From the IMG/VR virus record IMGVR_UViG_3300033997_000243, positions 255,519 through 319,518 of that record: a stretch of 64,000 nt of DNA. One strand, 5' to 3'. Under the pieces are notes generated by a model, which saw only the letters and a program-made list of their open reading frames with translations, was not told the origin of the DNA and ran no database searches. Positions 48,863-58,947 of the stretch are shown here, one piece after another. Positions within the stretch are counted from its first letter, which is position 1, and each line of letters begins with the position of its first letter. Both the position numbers and the translations under genes were made by a program.

Positions 48863-49651
48863 CTAAACTAAAAGGCGAGGGAAATTCAAAAGATTTTCAC
48901 AGGCCACTAAAGCTTTAGACCACATTTCGAGTTGGTCAAAATACTTTTCGTTAAGTTCTTCACGAGTGAACCAGCCAAGGAAGTTTAACTGTTCTTCAAT
49001 TTCAAGAACATCAGCATCTTTGACCTCAACAACATAAACAAGTGCAAGATGACGACAATCAACTGGAACAGCACGACTTGTAATTATGGTATGCAAACGA
49101 GTACCATAAGTGCGCTCCATATAAGTATCGTGATCCAAGGTTTCAGAATAACCTACAATGTTGTGTTGATCTATTCCAAACTCTTCGTCAAGTTCACGTA
49201 GCGTACTGCTAACAAGAGTAGAAGGAATATCCAAAGAATCTTTTTTGTACTCATGGCGATCAACATTAACTGTAGCACCAAAATACGCACACTCGGCCAT
49301 TTCAATATGGCCACCAAAGCCAATACTTAATTTGCCGTGAAGTTGACCTTCAGTTCCTTTTGGTGTACGTGCGTACAAAGCAAATTTTCCGTCATGCACA
49401 ACAGGGATATACGGAATAAAATGTCTGTGTTTAATTGGAGTGAAACGATCTTCAGTATCATCCAATAGTTCGCGTGAAGCACCAAACAAATAAAGCGGGT
49501 TAAAAAGTTCGGCAAACGAAGCGGTGTGTTCGGTAACAATGATAGAGTTTGGCAAACGAGGATCTAAAGATTCAGAAGGATTTGCCATGTGTTCATCAAG
49601 GTAAGCATCGAACTTAGGGTCTAAAGTACCTAAAATTAATTCTGTACGCAT
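48863..49651 (-). CDS. Nudix-family hydrolase
   Basis: LHGKLSIGFGGHI...RELDEEFGI...LEMWS. Confidence 0.85.
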   Translation of the reverse strand: MRTELILGTLDPKFDAYLDEHMANPSESLDPRLPNSIIVTEHTASFAELFNPLYLFGASRELLDDTEDRFTPIKHRHFIPYIPVVHDGKFALYARTPKGTEGQLHGKLSIGFGGHIEMAECAYFGATVNVDRHEYKKDSLDIPSTLVSSTLRELDEEFGIDQHNIVGYSETLDHDTYMERTYGTRLHTIITSRAVPVDCRHLALVYVVEVKDADVLEIEEQLNFLGWFTREELNEKYFDQLEMWSKALVACENLLNFPRLLV

Positions 49652-49661
49652 TTCAAATTCC

Positions 49662-50375
49662 TTAAGCTTTAAGCGCGTAAGTTTCGTCGCCAGCGGATTC
49701 GTCAGATTCTGGAGAAAGACCTAAAGCGTTTTCAACAGAACCTACTTGAGAAGAATCAATTGCAACAGATTCTTTTGTTTCAACTTGATCCGCTGTTGGA
49801 TCGTAACCATCAGGGCCACCACAACAACCGTCTGATCCAATTGGGCCTTCAGATCCATCAACAGAAGTAGATGGAGGAACAGGAAGATTTGAAAACATTT
49901 TCAACAGTGCCATTGCACCAGCTTCCCACGCAGCAATAACTTCAGGACGTTGAAGATTGTATTCAGGTAAATCAGCACCAGAGTAAACTGACTTCCAATT
50001 TGTTGCATCACAATAAGCATTGTAAACTACTTCACCCAATGAAAGTGGAGTACCTTCAGATTGCAAGGAAAAGGTTCCATTTGAGTTGGGTAAAAGTTTT
50101 GGAAATTGTGTCGCTGGAGAATGTGCAGAATAGTAATGACTGGCCCAAACTTCTTTAGCAGGTTTGTCATTAACTGTAATTGGATCTGATTCTGCATCCA
50201 TTTCAGCGCCACCTTTCACATTATGAAAGGTTTTGTATGCAACTATTGCAGCATAATTAACAAGTTGGTCTGAAGTAAATTCATAAACTTGTTTATCGTG
50301 TGAGAAATTTTCACGATCAGCACTTTCCAAAGCAAGTGCTTTGCTAAAAGCAAACGATGTGTTTTCGTAGGACAT
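49662..50375 (-). CDS. Hypothetical protein with ssrA-tag-like C-terminus
   Basis: Start reassigned to MSYENT (GGAGA RBS); ends SAGDETYALKA. Confidence 0.75.
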   Translation of the reverse strand: MSYENTSFAFSKALALESADRENFSHDKQVYEFTSDQLVNYAAIVAYKTFHNVKGGAEMDAESDPITVNDKPAKEVWASHYYSAHSPATQFPKLLPNSNGTFSLQSEGTPLSLGEVVYNAYCDATNWKSVYSGADLPEYNLQRPEVIAAWEAGAMALLKMFSNLPVPPSTSVDGSEGPIGSDGCCGGPDGYDPTADQVETKESVAIDSSQVGSVENALGLSPESDESAGDETYALKA

Positions 50376-50427
50376 AATAAATCTCCAAGTCGATTTGTTA
50401 GGATAGGCGGCTGTTAACCGCCTATTT

Positions 50428-52659
50428 TTATTCGTCATCAGTATCGATTTTTTCTTTACTGCGTTTGACGATTTGATCTTTGTAGCGTTTCGGGCCTTTT
50501 CCACTTGCACAATGTTTAGAACACCATGTACGAATGTTTCCAGCTTTCTTCAAACCAACTCGCTCACAAACTTCGGTGATTTGTTTTTTACTACCAAGAA
50601 CAAGAACTTTGAAATCTTCAAAGCTTAATTTTTTCGCACCATGCAGTGGAACATCTGGATGGAACTTTAAGTTGTTTCTTGTTCCATCTACATACCCAAG
50701 TTGTTTTAAATACTCAAAGGTATCAAAAACTGGATCGAATCCACGAGCACGACCGTCACCATCAGTAACCCAAACACGCGCCCAAACTTCACGGTTAGGA
50801 ATACCACCGAGTTTGTTTTTGACAGTACGCAAACAGATGAAACGATAAATATCTTTACCGCCTTCAACAGTCACAGAATTTTCTTCCATGATACCTTTAT
50901 CAAGAACAAAACCGTAAGGTGCAGATCCACGAGAAGTAGATTTTATACGAACGTCTGAGTTATGGCTAACAATTCCGTTAGTGATAATTGTATGCGTGTC
51001 AGGCATGTTTGCATCGTAAGTCTGCTCAGCTTCTTGATATTCAATATCGACAATTTCGTCAGTAAGATAATCGACATCGCAAGAAAGATCCAAGACAGAA
51101 ACAGTATAAAAGTTCTCTACCTTTTCTAACTTTGAAAATACACAACTATCAAGAAGTAGTAACTGGAAATCTACTGCGTGTTGGTAGTGTCTGTGGGTAT
51201 TAGTTACAGAACTATATCCTTTAATATAAGCACTAACAAGATCGGAAGATCCTGTCCTTATATTAAATGGAACTCCATGTAAGGAATCCAACTGACCTAA
51301 ACCTACCTTGACGCCTGTATTATAAGCATCTTGATAATCAAGATCAGAATTGCTTGATACAGGTCTAGTAATTTCGTTTGATGGTTTAATCAAAACAAAT
51401 TTACCAACAGTCAAAGAATCAAGTCTAGCAAATTGATAGTTACTTGGTGATTTAGCTTGGTCATTAGCTAAAACCTGATGTCCATGTTTGCCGCGCAGTG
51501 TATAGCCATTTGATGTAGTAATTTTAATGATATTATCTACACCAGTATCGTCGAAGATTGTCGGAGATTCCAAACCGCATTTACCTTGAATTTTAGGTAA
51601 AGAGTGTCTGAATTTTTCGTAGTATTCTTCAACAGATACCAACCCAAGTTCTGTTCTGATTCGAGTTTCAGGTGCCAGACAGAAAAATTTGAGCGCTTCC
51701 CCGGAAGGCTCATACTCAGGATTACCGTGCATAACAGCAGGACGTAAACGTAATTGGTTTACACCAAAAACAGTCATACGTTTTTTACGCATACCGCTTC
51801 GTACTTTTTTAATACCAGCAGCGTGCATACGTGCTTGTTCTGCCATAGCTTCATTACGATCATCATCATCTAAGCCTTCAGGCAACATGGCCGGATAACT
51901 ATCAACGATTGATACTGCTTGCATAAAGCCATCTGGAGCAGGAATACGAATTTTATTTGTTTTAGTCAAATACTTGACATCGTACTTACCAGAAAACTTC
52001 TTTTTGTTTTCTTGCGTATGTTCGTAAACATACCAATACTTATCACCGATTTTTTGTACGTCAGGCAGTGCGCGACGAAGTTTTGCTTGGTAACGATAAA
52101 AATCTTCGCCAACATCAGGCATGTAGTAACGAATTTTTGGTTTAATCAACCAAGAACCAGTATCGTCATCTTTGATACCGAATATTGTAGTAGCATCAGA
52201 TTTTAATCCAAGCGCTTCCATCATGTTACCGATATATTCAATGTCGGTAGAGCCTTCGTAATCAAAAATACTGGCAGCAATTTTTCTGTTTAATTCATCA
52301 ATAGCATTCTGAATCATACAGAGAAGAGTCATTGTCAATGTCGATTTACAGCTTTGTTCACCACCATAAATAGTGTACCAACCGCCACCAACAATACCGC
52401 CATTAAGAAGTAAATCAAGAGCCAACAGCCCTGTGGACAATCTTTTTTCATCACGGTCAACCAAACTGCTTGAAAGGCCATATTTCTTTTCAACACCATC
52501 AAGCAAATCATCGATGTCGTCAGCAGGAGAATAACCACGAGCATCTTCAATAGCAGAGTCTACAATTTCTTTGGCAGACTTGCCTTTTGATTTACCCTTT
52601 TTCTTTGACTCTTCTACAGCAACGTCATCATCAATGTCTAACTTTTTCTTTTTAGCCAT
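50428..52659 (-). CDS. recA: RecA/UvsX-like recombinase, intein-containing
   Basis: LSTGLLALDLLL.GG, IYGGEQSCKST, DYEG, IVDS, VNQLR, PSGEALKFF/SDVRI, VKNK. Confidence 0.93.
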   Translation of the reverse strand: MAKKKKLDIDDDVAVEESKKKGKSKGKSAKEIVDSAIEDARGYSPADDIDDLLDGVEKKYGLSSSLVDRDEKRLSTGLLALDLLLNGGIVGGGWYTIYGGEQSCKSTLTMTLLCMIQNAIDELNRKIAASIFDYEGSTDIEYIGNMMEALGLKSDATTIFGIKDDDTGSWLIKPKIRYYMPDVGEDFYRYQAKLRRALPDVQKIGDKYWYVYEHTQENKKKFSGKYDVKYLTKTNKIRIPAPDGFMQAVSIVDSYPAMLPEGLDDDDRNEAMAEQARMHAAGIKKVRSGMRKKRMTVFGVNQLRLRPAVMHGNPEYEPSGEALKFFCLAPETRIRTELGLVSVEEYYEKFRHSLPKIQGKCGLESPTIFDDTGVDNIIKITTSNGYTLRGKHGHQVLANDQAKSPSNYQFARLDSLTVGKFVLIKPSNEITRPVSSNSDLDYQDAYNTGVKVGLGQLDSLHGVPFNIRTGSSDLVSAYIKGYSSVTNTHRHYQHAVDFQLLLLDSCVFSKLEKVENFYTVSVLDLSCDVDYLTDEIVDIEYQEAEQTYDANMPDTHTIITNGIVSHNSDVRIKSTSRGSAPYGFVLDKGIMEENSVTVEGGKDIYRFICLRTVKNKLGGIPNREVWARVWVTDGDGRARGFDPVFDTFEYLKQLGYVDGTRNNLKFHPDVPLHGAKKLSFEDFKVLVLGSKKQITEVCERVGLKKAGNIRTWCSKHCASGKGPKRYKDQIVKRSKEKIDTDDE
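50959..51681 (-). mobile_element. Intein (241 aa) in RecA
   Basis: Starts CLAPETRI, ends TYDANM...ITNGIVSHN followed by Ser. Confidence 0.92.
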
Positions 52660-52740
52660 TTTAAGAATCCAAGTTAGCGGCCAGTTTATTGGCCGCTCAT
52701 TAAAACAAAATGCAGTTAACTAAATTTAATAGTCAAACAA

Positions 52741-53772
52741 CTATTTCTTTTTCTTCAGTTTTGAAGTTGTTTTCTTAACAGGCTTCTTGCCGGACTTTTT
52801 AGCAGGTTGGTCATCTTCGTCATCAAACTTTGAAGTTTTCTTGACAGGTTTCTTTTTCTTGGTCGGTTTGTCATCTTCATCTTCGTCGAATTTTGAAGAT
52901 TTTTTACCAGACTTTTTCAGTGGCTTCTTGCCGGATTTTTTCTTGCTGCCAAGAGAATCTTCATCCTCTTCTTCATCTTCGTCATCGATGTCAGTACCAC
53001 CAACAACTTTCATGCGTTTGAAATCTTCGTCGGCTTCTTCCTGTGATTTAATGCCAAGCTTTTCTACCAGTGAAGCATCTAAACACCAAACAAGATATTT
53101 TGATTCTTCTTCTGTGATTGGAGAAAGTTCACCACGGTCAATGCTGTATTTATCACCACCAGCTTTATCATTGTCAAAGTTGATTGCAAGATCAATACCG
53201 TACTTAGGATGGGTGATTGGGAAAGATTCTTTCTCACCAGTTTTCTTGTTTTTATGGATATTGCGCTTTTCGGCCTTCTGAATTTTTTCAGCTAAAGAAC
53301 CAGGAAGTGCAAGAACTCGAACAGGTGTCCAAGTTTTACTGCCTTGTTGAATAAAGCCAGTTTTCTTTTCTTCTGCCGAAAGTTTTTGTTTCATTGCAGC
53401 ACGAGGCATGTCAGCTTGCAAGTCACGAACAATAGCGTTCGCATAATACTTAACGCTTGTTTGACAAGCTCCATCTTCGCCTTGAGAAAGTGAACAATAT
53501 GGGCACGTTACACCTTTGCGTGGAACTTTTTCGTTTGTAGGATCAAATGCAATACACCAACGACTTACCTTGATTTCTTTGTTGTCTTTACCAGCAATGA
53601 TTTTAATCCAGTGCTGTTTTAACGGCAGGATAGGAGTTTGTAAAAAACGAAATTCTGAAAAGTCTTGATTGGACACAAATTTGTGCATACCCAATACTTC
53701 GTCAATTCGAGCCTCGTCTTTGTACTTACTGTTTCCTGCTTTTGGGTCTATACTACCAAAACCACTTGCCAT
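52741..53772 (-). CDS. Single-stranded DNA-binding protein (gp32-like)
   Basis: FRFL, QHWI..., CPYC, YYANAIVR; charged tail; adjacent to recA. Confidence 0.7.
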   Translation of the reverse strand: MASGFGSIDPKAGNSKYKDEARIDEVLGMHKFVSNQDFSEFRFLQTPILPLKQHWIKIIAGKDNKEIKVSRWCIAFDPTNEKVPRKGVTCPYCSLSQGEDGACQTSVKYYANAIVRDLQADMPRAAMKQKLSAEEKKTGFIQQGSKTWTPVRVLALPGSLAEKIQKAEKRNIHKNKKTGEKESFPITHPKYGIDLAINFDNDKAGGDKYSIDRGELSPITEEESKYLVWCLDASLVEKLGIKSQEEADEDFKRMKVVGGTDIDDEDEEEDEDSLGSKKKSGKKPLKKSGKKSSKFDEDEDDKPTKKKKPVKKTSKFDDEDDQPAKKSGKKPVKKTTSKLKKKK

Positions 53773-53809
53773 TATTTTTCTCCGAGAATTGTATGAAGCT
53801 TCATCTTAT

Positions 53810-53821
53810 TATTTACAGTTT
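53810..53821 (-). promoter_or_regulatory. Class-II promoter motif AAACTGTAAATA
   Basis: About 38 nt upstream of the SSB start. Confidence 0.6.
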
Positions 53822-54832
53822 AGACAGAGTATGCCGTTCCATTAACTCTAGCTCTGCCTCAGTAAATACCTCTGGTATCTCAAGCGTAAGTCTGGCCAAT
53901 CCAAAAGGATCTGCTCTTTTTGCCATGAGATATAATCGCCTTAGTTCATGATCGACAGCATGTTCATCAGAAAGATCTTCTGTTTCTGCCGTAAGTAATT
54001 CATGTAAATTTCCATCTTCATCTTCACCCTGAGAAAGTAAGGTGTCCATTGAAGTTGAAAAGTTTACATTTGAACTATGACCACCACTCAAAGTTTTCTT
54101 GTGGTTCTGTGGGATAACATAAGCTATTCCATATTCATGTTCAGAACTTGCACAAGTAAGACTGTTGAGAATCCAATACTTTATATATGACGTTAAAGCG
54201 CCTTTGCTACTGTCATATTTGTTTAGTGCTACCACAACATTACGCAAAAAGTTTTGCACCACATCTTTGTAGTCGTAATTATTTCCAGTGTTTGTATCAA
54301 TCAAATGTTTTGCATGTGTATAACAAAACTTATGATACTGCTCAACAACACTGTTGAAATATTTGTAGAATAAGGCCAGATACTCAGAAGGCTGAGTAAT
54401 AGCAACGAAAACATCTTGTATACTATCTGCACCCAAAAGAGCTTTGTAAGGAACCATCCGATCACGATAAAAAATTCTTCGCTTTGGTTCGCTCATATAA
54501 TGGAAATAAAGTTCCATGTATACGTCTTTGTATTCGGCTAAAAATTTCTTTATGAAAACATGAACAAAAGATCTTTCGATCTTGAGTTTTTTGATCAGCT
54601 CGAACTTACGAATGCGGTCAGGACAAACTATGGCTTGTGCCAAAATGTCTATGGTCTGAGATCTTTCAAGAGCACAAAACTTTCGTTTTTTGTTTTTTAT
54701 AACAGCGGTTAGTAAATAGATAAGTTGACTGTCAAAGACATTTGTATGGATCACTATTGGTTCAAGTGCTTTATATAAAAGCGTGTCCATTATTTCTTGT
54801 ATTTGACCGCCTGTTAAATTTTCTTTACTCAC
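53813..54832 (-). CDS. Divergent phage sigma70-family factor
   Basis: DYKDVVQN...VALNKYDSSKGALTSYIKYWILNSL (region 2); SMDTLL...LHELL (region 3.2-like); region 4 not evident. Confidence 0.75.
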   Translation of the reverse strand: MSKENLTGGQIQEIMDTLLYKALEPIVIHTNVFDSQLIYLLTAVIKNKKRKFCALERSQTIDILAQAIVCPDRIRKFELIKKLKIERSFVHVFIKKFLAEYKDVYMELYFHYMSEPKRRIFYRDRMVPYKALLGADSIQDVFVAITQPSEYLALFYKYFNSVVEQYHKFCYTHAKHLIDTNTGNNYDYKDVVQNFLRNVVVALNKYDSSKGALTSYIKYWILNSLTCASSEHEYGIAYVIPQNHKKTLSGGHSSNVNFSTSMDTLLSQGEDEDGNLHELLTAETEDLSDEHAVDHELRRLYLMAKRADPFGLARLTLEIPEVFTEAELELMERHTLSKL

Positions 54833-54865
54833 ATAGAATCCTTTAACATTAAGCCCTTACCCTAG

Positions 54866-54878
54866 TATTTACAGTTTT
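54866..54878 (-). promoter_or_regulatory. Class-II promoter motif AAACTGTAAATA
   Basis: About 34 nt upstream of the sigma gene start. Confidence 0.6.
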
Positions 54879-54896
54879 ACAAAAGCAGAGGCAATA

Positions 54897-54924
54897 AAAA
54901 AAGGCAGCTTTTTAGGGCCGCCTT
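54897..54924 (-). terminator. Intrinsic terminator
   Basis: AGGCGGC...GCTGCCT-TTTTT on the minus strand. Confidence 0.7.
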
Positions 54925-54932
54925 TAACATTG

Positions 54933-55637
54933 CTATTGATTACTTTCTGACTTGGCTGAAATAAGCAGTCGTGCTTTCTTTGCATACAGTGTAATGTGTG
55001 TACGTAGAATATACATGCGTGTATCTGCATTATTCAAAGATTCTTTTTGCGATTTGTCATAGTTTTCAGCGGATTCTTTTATACCGCAACTTTTGAATGT
55101 TTCATCGGTAGAAAGAAAGAACGTACTTAATAACCAGCACAAGGTTCGCTTACCATTCGCATATTCACGAATACGTTTGGTTGCATCAACATCAGTAAAA
55201 CAAGAGGTAAAGAAATCGCACACCCAATCGTTAATCGCATCACTTTCGCGTTGACGCTCAGCTCTTTGCACAACTTGTTGAGAACTTACGTTGGCTTGAC
55301 TACGCGCAAGTTCAAGATCTTTCTTGCTTTGTTCAGCATTGATCTTGGCTTCATACTCTAAAGTTTTTACTCGCTCAGTAAGACTCATTGCAAGTTGTTG
55401 CGTTGTTTTAAGAATTGTAAGTTCTTCAACTAATCGATTGTTTGCCGCGAATAACATTTCTTGTAGAACCGAAACTTTGTTGCAACTGATAGAAAGATCA
55501 TTACTTTGTTTTTGAATAATGAAATTTTTATCACTAACAAGAGTTTCCAATTTGCTCACTTGATTTGAAAGATCAGAGATCAATTTCATTTCTTGTGTTA
55601 CGCCTTTAGTTTCTTCCACTTGTATTTCTCCTAGCAA
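54933..55637 (-). CDS. Coiled-coil hypothetical protein
   Basis: 234-aa ORF; start uncertain. Confidence 0.7.
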   Translation of the reverse strand: MLGEIQVEETKGVTQEMKLISDLSNQVSKLETLVSDKNFIIQKQSNDLSISCNKVSVLQEMLFAANNRLVEELTILKTTQQLAMSLTERVKTLEYEAKINAEQSKKDLELARSQANVSSQQVVQRAERQRESDAINDWVCDFFTSCFTDVDATKRIREYANGKRTLCWLLSTFFLSTDETFKSCGIKESAENYDKSQKESLNNADTRMYILRTHITLYAKKARLLISAKSESNQ

Positions 55638-55912
55638 TCACATTTTGGTTTTAATTTGTGAGGTATTGGTTTCGCTTCGCTAACTGCTCCGCATATTGTG
55701 CATTTATTGATCCAACCATCTGCCGTAACTGATGTAGTGCAATTAGCGCAAGCTGATTGACCTGTCGGCCCAGTTAATGGTTTAGCTTGAGCAACTGAAT
55801 CACTACCGATAGAAGTGACCAACTTTTTTGCACCACTAGCTATTTTGTCTGTAATGTTTACTGCAAAAGATTTAATTGCTGCCCTACGTCTAGCGCAACC
55901 TGAACAAGCCAT
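55631..55912 (-). CDS. Small Cys-rich protein
   Basis: CSGC, CANC, CTIC, CDC. Confidence 0.7.
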   Translation of the reverse strand: MACSGCARRRAAIKSFAVNITDKIASGAKKLVTSIGSDSVAQAKPLTGPTGQSACANCTTSVTADGWINKCTICGAVSEAKPIPHKLKPKCDC

Positions 55913-55922
55913 TTTATATCAC

Positions 55923-56633
55923 CTACCAATTTTTCTTAACTAATTCTTCGGCCAACGCAACACAGTGTTTGCATAAACCAACTGCATTTCCAGGATTGGT
56001 AAAAGTCGGTGGATCACCATTACCATAAACCAATTTACTTGCGCCATGTAAAGCATTTGCGTATTCCCAAGTAAAAACATAGTTTTCGCACGGACAGCTT
56101 ACAAGAACTCGACGCTGTTTATTAATCGGATCTGTTTGACTATCAAGTCCAATTATATAAAGCTTGTGATCTCTTCTTGTTTTATTCGGACGATAAGGAT
56201 CTACGGAATAGGCAACTGCTTCAACAGCAGGTAATCCACTTTTAGTTTTCTTACGAACCAATTTGCTTATAATAACGTGCTTGGCGTTATGTTTGAAAAG
56301 TGGTGGAGTACCACGCAACAATTCTTTCAAGCTTTTACCTTTACGTGTAAGAACTGTGTCAGGTAATTGTTGAACAATGCCAGCATTTTGTTTTAATGGA
56401 ACGACACGGACAACTCGATCTTTAAGTTCAATTCTTTTTGTCTTAGCTTTGTCAGCTGAAGTAGGTTTCTTTTGCGCTGTTTTATTAGCACTGTGAGATT
56501 GGAACTCTTTGATTTTACGTTGTCTTTCTTCGTGCATTCTTCTAGCAACAGATTTTACTTTTCGCACACTAGATTTTATAGGTTTGTAAGCCACATCAGA
56601 CTTCCTCGAAGGCATCTGTATCAGAACTTTCAT
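55923..56633 (-). CDS. SWIM zinc-finger protein
   Basis: VSCPCENY...LCKHC. Confidence 0.75.
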   Translation of the reverse strand: MKVLIQMPSRKSDVAYKPIKSSVRKVKSVARRMHEERQRKIKEFQSHSANKTAQKKPTSADKAKTKRIELKDRVVRVVPLKQNAGIVQQLPDTVLTRKGKSLKELLRGTPPLFKHNAKHVIISKLVRKKTKSGLPAVEAVAYSVDPYRPNKTRRDHKLYIIGLDSQTDPINKQRRVLVSCPCENYVFTWEYANALHGASKLVYGNGDPPTFTNPGNAVGLCKHCVALAEELVKKNW

Positions 56634-57078
56634 CTTGTTCTTCTCCTTCTTTTGGTTCTTCCGACTCTTCAGTGTTTTCTTCGGTTTCTAATTCTTCAGT
56701 TAGTGCTGCATCAACGTCAGAATCTTCTTCAGATTTTTCTTCAGATTCTTTTTCTTCTTTTTTCGGAAACTTAGTAGGTTTCGGATTTTTATCACCAGTT
56801 TGTCGTAAAGCCCAAGCAGCAACAGTTGCTTCAGTCTTTTCTTTTTTAGTAGTGACTTTGTCGGCCGCAACCTGATCTTCAAGAATTTCCAACTCAATAT
56901 CTTCATTCAGTTGTTGCAAGCGTTTCTTTGATCTCTTTCTTTCAAGTTTACGAAGTTCTTCTCTTCCATCAATATCTAATTGACTTGTGCCTTGTTCGGA
57001 CAAGCGAAGATAAGCTTGATCGCCACGCGACTTAGATTCAGAAGAAAAATCAGGCAAATGAATTGTTACACGCTTCAT
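56596..57078 (-). CDS. Hypothetical protein with acidic tail
   Basis: 160-aa ORF. Confidence 0.7.
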   Translation of the reverse strand: MKRVTIHLPDFSSESKSRGDQAYLRLSEQGTSQLDIDGREELRKLERKRSKKRLQQLNEDIELEILEDQVAADKVTTKKEKTEATVAAWALRQTGDKNPKPTKFPKKEEKESEEKSEEDSDVDAALTEELETEENTEESEEPKEGEEQDESSDTDAFEEV

Positions 57079-57419
57079 CGTAAAATACCTTTTAGTTCTT
57101 TAACAATACGGTTGACGATTATTCGTCTTGTACGTAAATCCTTTTTGCACTGTGTTATTCTAGTGCGAAGTTTTTGAACAACAGATGATTGGCGATTAGA
57201 CAACTTTAAAGCTTTGTTAAGATTGAAAGCTAGTTGTCGTTCACGACTTAGTTCTTCATCAAGAAGCTGAACATTTATTTTTAATAAATAAGTATTAACA
57301 GCAAGGTTTGTAATCAAAGGACTTGCAAATTCAAGATCTTCTATAAGCTCATAGCCAAGCAGATTCTTGTATTTTGCTAAAACTTTAACATTGTCGTCAT
57401 GCAGATGCGGTTTAGCCAT
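57075..57419 (-). CDS. Hypothetical coiled-coil protein
   Basis: 114-aa ORF. Confidence 0.7.
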   Translation of the reverse strand: MAKPHLHDDNVKVLAKYKNLLGYELIEDLEFASPLITNLAVNTYLLKINVQLLDEELSRERQLAFNLNKALKLSNRQSSVVQKLRTRITQCKKDLRTRRIIVNRIVKELKGILR

Positions 57420-57428
57420 TTTTAAATC

Positions 57429-58571
57429 TTATAAACGAATTCGTTTAACTGTTGGTGTCTTTTTACTTTTGTATTCCAAGTCAGTTACAATTTCAATTAC
57501 CTGCTTAAAAGGTATTAGACGTTTTGGATCGTCAGAATGATATTCAACCCAAGTATCTAAGAAATTGCGAAGCTTTTTCTGAGTAAAGCAAATACTCAGC
57601 AATGGACAATCTTCGTATACGTGCATTAAACTACGATATTCGGATTGACTCTTGCAAGGCTTGGTTCTAATGACTTCATCAAAAGTTTCGGTTTCGACAT
57701 CGCTATTTATTGCTTCCCACTTTTCATATTCTGCTTCAAATTGATTATGGCAACGAACACGCCATTTATCTGTCCATCTTTCTTTGTATTCGACAAATGC
57801 ACGAGGATTATCTCGTGGAATATAAATAAGTGAGAAGCCTTTTAATTTCATGCCAAACTTTTTAGCATATTTCTTTTCAAGTGCATAAACATAAAACGGA
57901 AGTTGATGCAAATGTTTTTTCTCTGGAAATTTGTAGGCAACAACTTTTTTCATGCTGGTGGTTTTGTAATCCATTACCCACCATTCACCGTTATCCAACT
58001 TTATGATCGCATCAATATGACCATCGATACCCCGATATTTTATTGCGAACTCTACGTAATCCATAGGTTCATGACATTTAGGGCAAGTGCTTTTAGTTGT
58101 ATGCGTTCTTGTTGGCTTTCCTTCTTTAACAATATTACCCAAATGATCGTAAAGATTTCTAGCTTTCTTACTTTCTTTACAAACTGGATTTATACATTTC
58201 CAGTTACCCCAAAATTTACCAGTGAATCCAGCAAAGTATTGGATTTTTTCGTGAACTGTTGTACCAACTCCGGTATAGTATTGCATACCAAAGTATTTGT
58301 GTTCTTCATTGTTGCCTAGCTTTTTAAAGCGCAGAAGTTGCATCCAATTTAAAATTGAGCAACAGGGAAAACTACTAGGTCTAAATTGTGGAGCACGGCC
58401 ACGAGGAAGAACAACACTTGCTTCCATTGCTTGGGCAACAAGTTTACTGATCGGACTTAAACGATTTGGATTAGTTTTTTGAAAATCTAAAGAGTATGGC
58501 GTAGATTCTTCACCAGAATTGGATGACTTGCCTTTATAATGGTGAGTAGTTGCCAGCGAAGAAAAACTCAT
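57429..58571 (-). CDS. PD-(D/E)XK nuclease, Cas4/RecB-like
   Basis: RPSSFPCC, GTTVHE, GHID, MDYKT, QL.FY, C-terminal C...CP...C. Confidence 0.85.
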   Translation of the reverse strand: MSFSSLATTHHYKGKSSNSGEESTPYSLDFQKTNPNRLSPISKLVAQAMEASVVLPRGRAPQFRPSSFPCCSILNWMQLLRFKKLGNNEEHKYFGMQYYTGVGTTVHEKIQYFAGFTGKFWGNWKCINPVCKESKKARNLYDHLGNIVKEGKPTRTHTTKSTCPKCHEPMDYVEFAIKYRGIDGHIDAIIKLDNGEWWVMDYKTTSMKKVVAYKFPEKKHLHQLPFYVYALEKKYAKKFGMKLKGFSLIYIPRDNPRAFVEYKERWTDKWRVRCHNQFEAEYEKWEAINSDVETETFDEVIRTKPCKSQSEYRSLMHVYEDCPLLSICFTQKKLRNFLDTWVEYHSDDPKRLIPFKQVIEIVTDLEYKSKKTPTVKRIRL

Positions 58572-58870
58572 AATGTTACCAAGACACTAAATTTCTCAGA
58601 CACAATAACGTGGAATTTAGCGCCAGATTTAAGTTGAAGGCAATAGATGCCAGCAAGATCACTAGGTTCCATCTTGTGTCCTTGCAGCGCAAGTTTAGAT
58701 GCAAGCTTTTGGATATTGCAGCTTTCTATGTGTATATAGAAAGCATTTACATTATTCGTTTCACCACAAATTTGCAATCGATCTTCAGAAAAATAAGATC
58801 TTAATAAATCTCTTAGTTCAAGCATTTCTGGACTATAACACAGAACTCTGCCTTTAGTTACGTTCATCAT
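58568..58870 (-). CDS. Hypothetical protein
   Basis: 100-aa ORF. Confidence 0.65.
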   Translation of the reverse strand: MMNVTKGRVLCYSPEMLELRDLLRSYFSEDRLQICGETNNVNAFYIHIESCNIQKLASKLALQGHKMEPSDLAGIYCLQLKSGAKFHVIVSEKFSVLVTL

Positions 58871-58893
58871 ACGTTGGTTCCTTGACCTGTACT

Positions 58894-58904
58894 AAACTGT
58901 AAAT
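58894..58904 (+). promoter_or_regulatory. Class-II promoter motif AAACTGTAAAT
   Basis: Plus-strand copy upstream of the plus-strand primase. Confidence 0.55.
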
Positions 58905-58947
58905 CCATGAGTAGAAATTATGGTACTTACTGTACAAGGTTAATATT

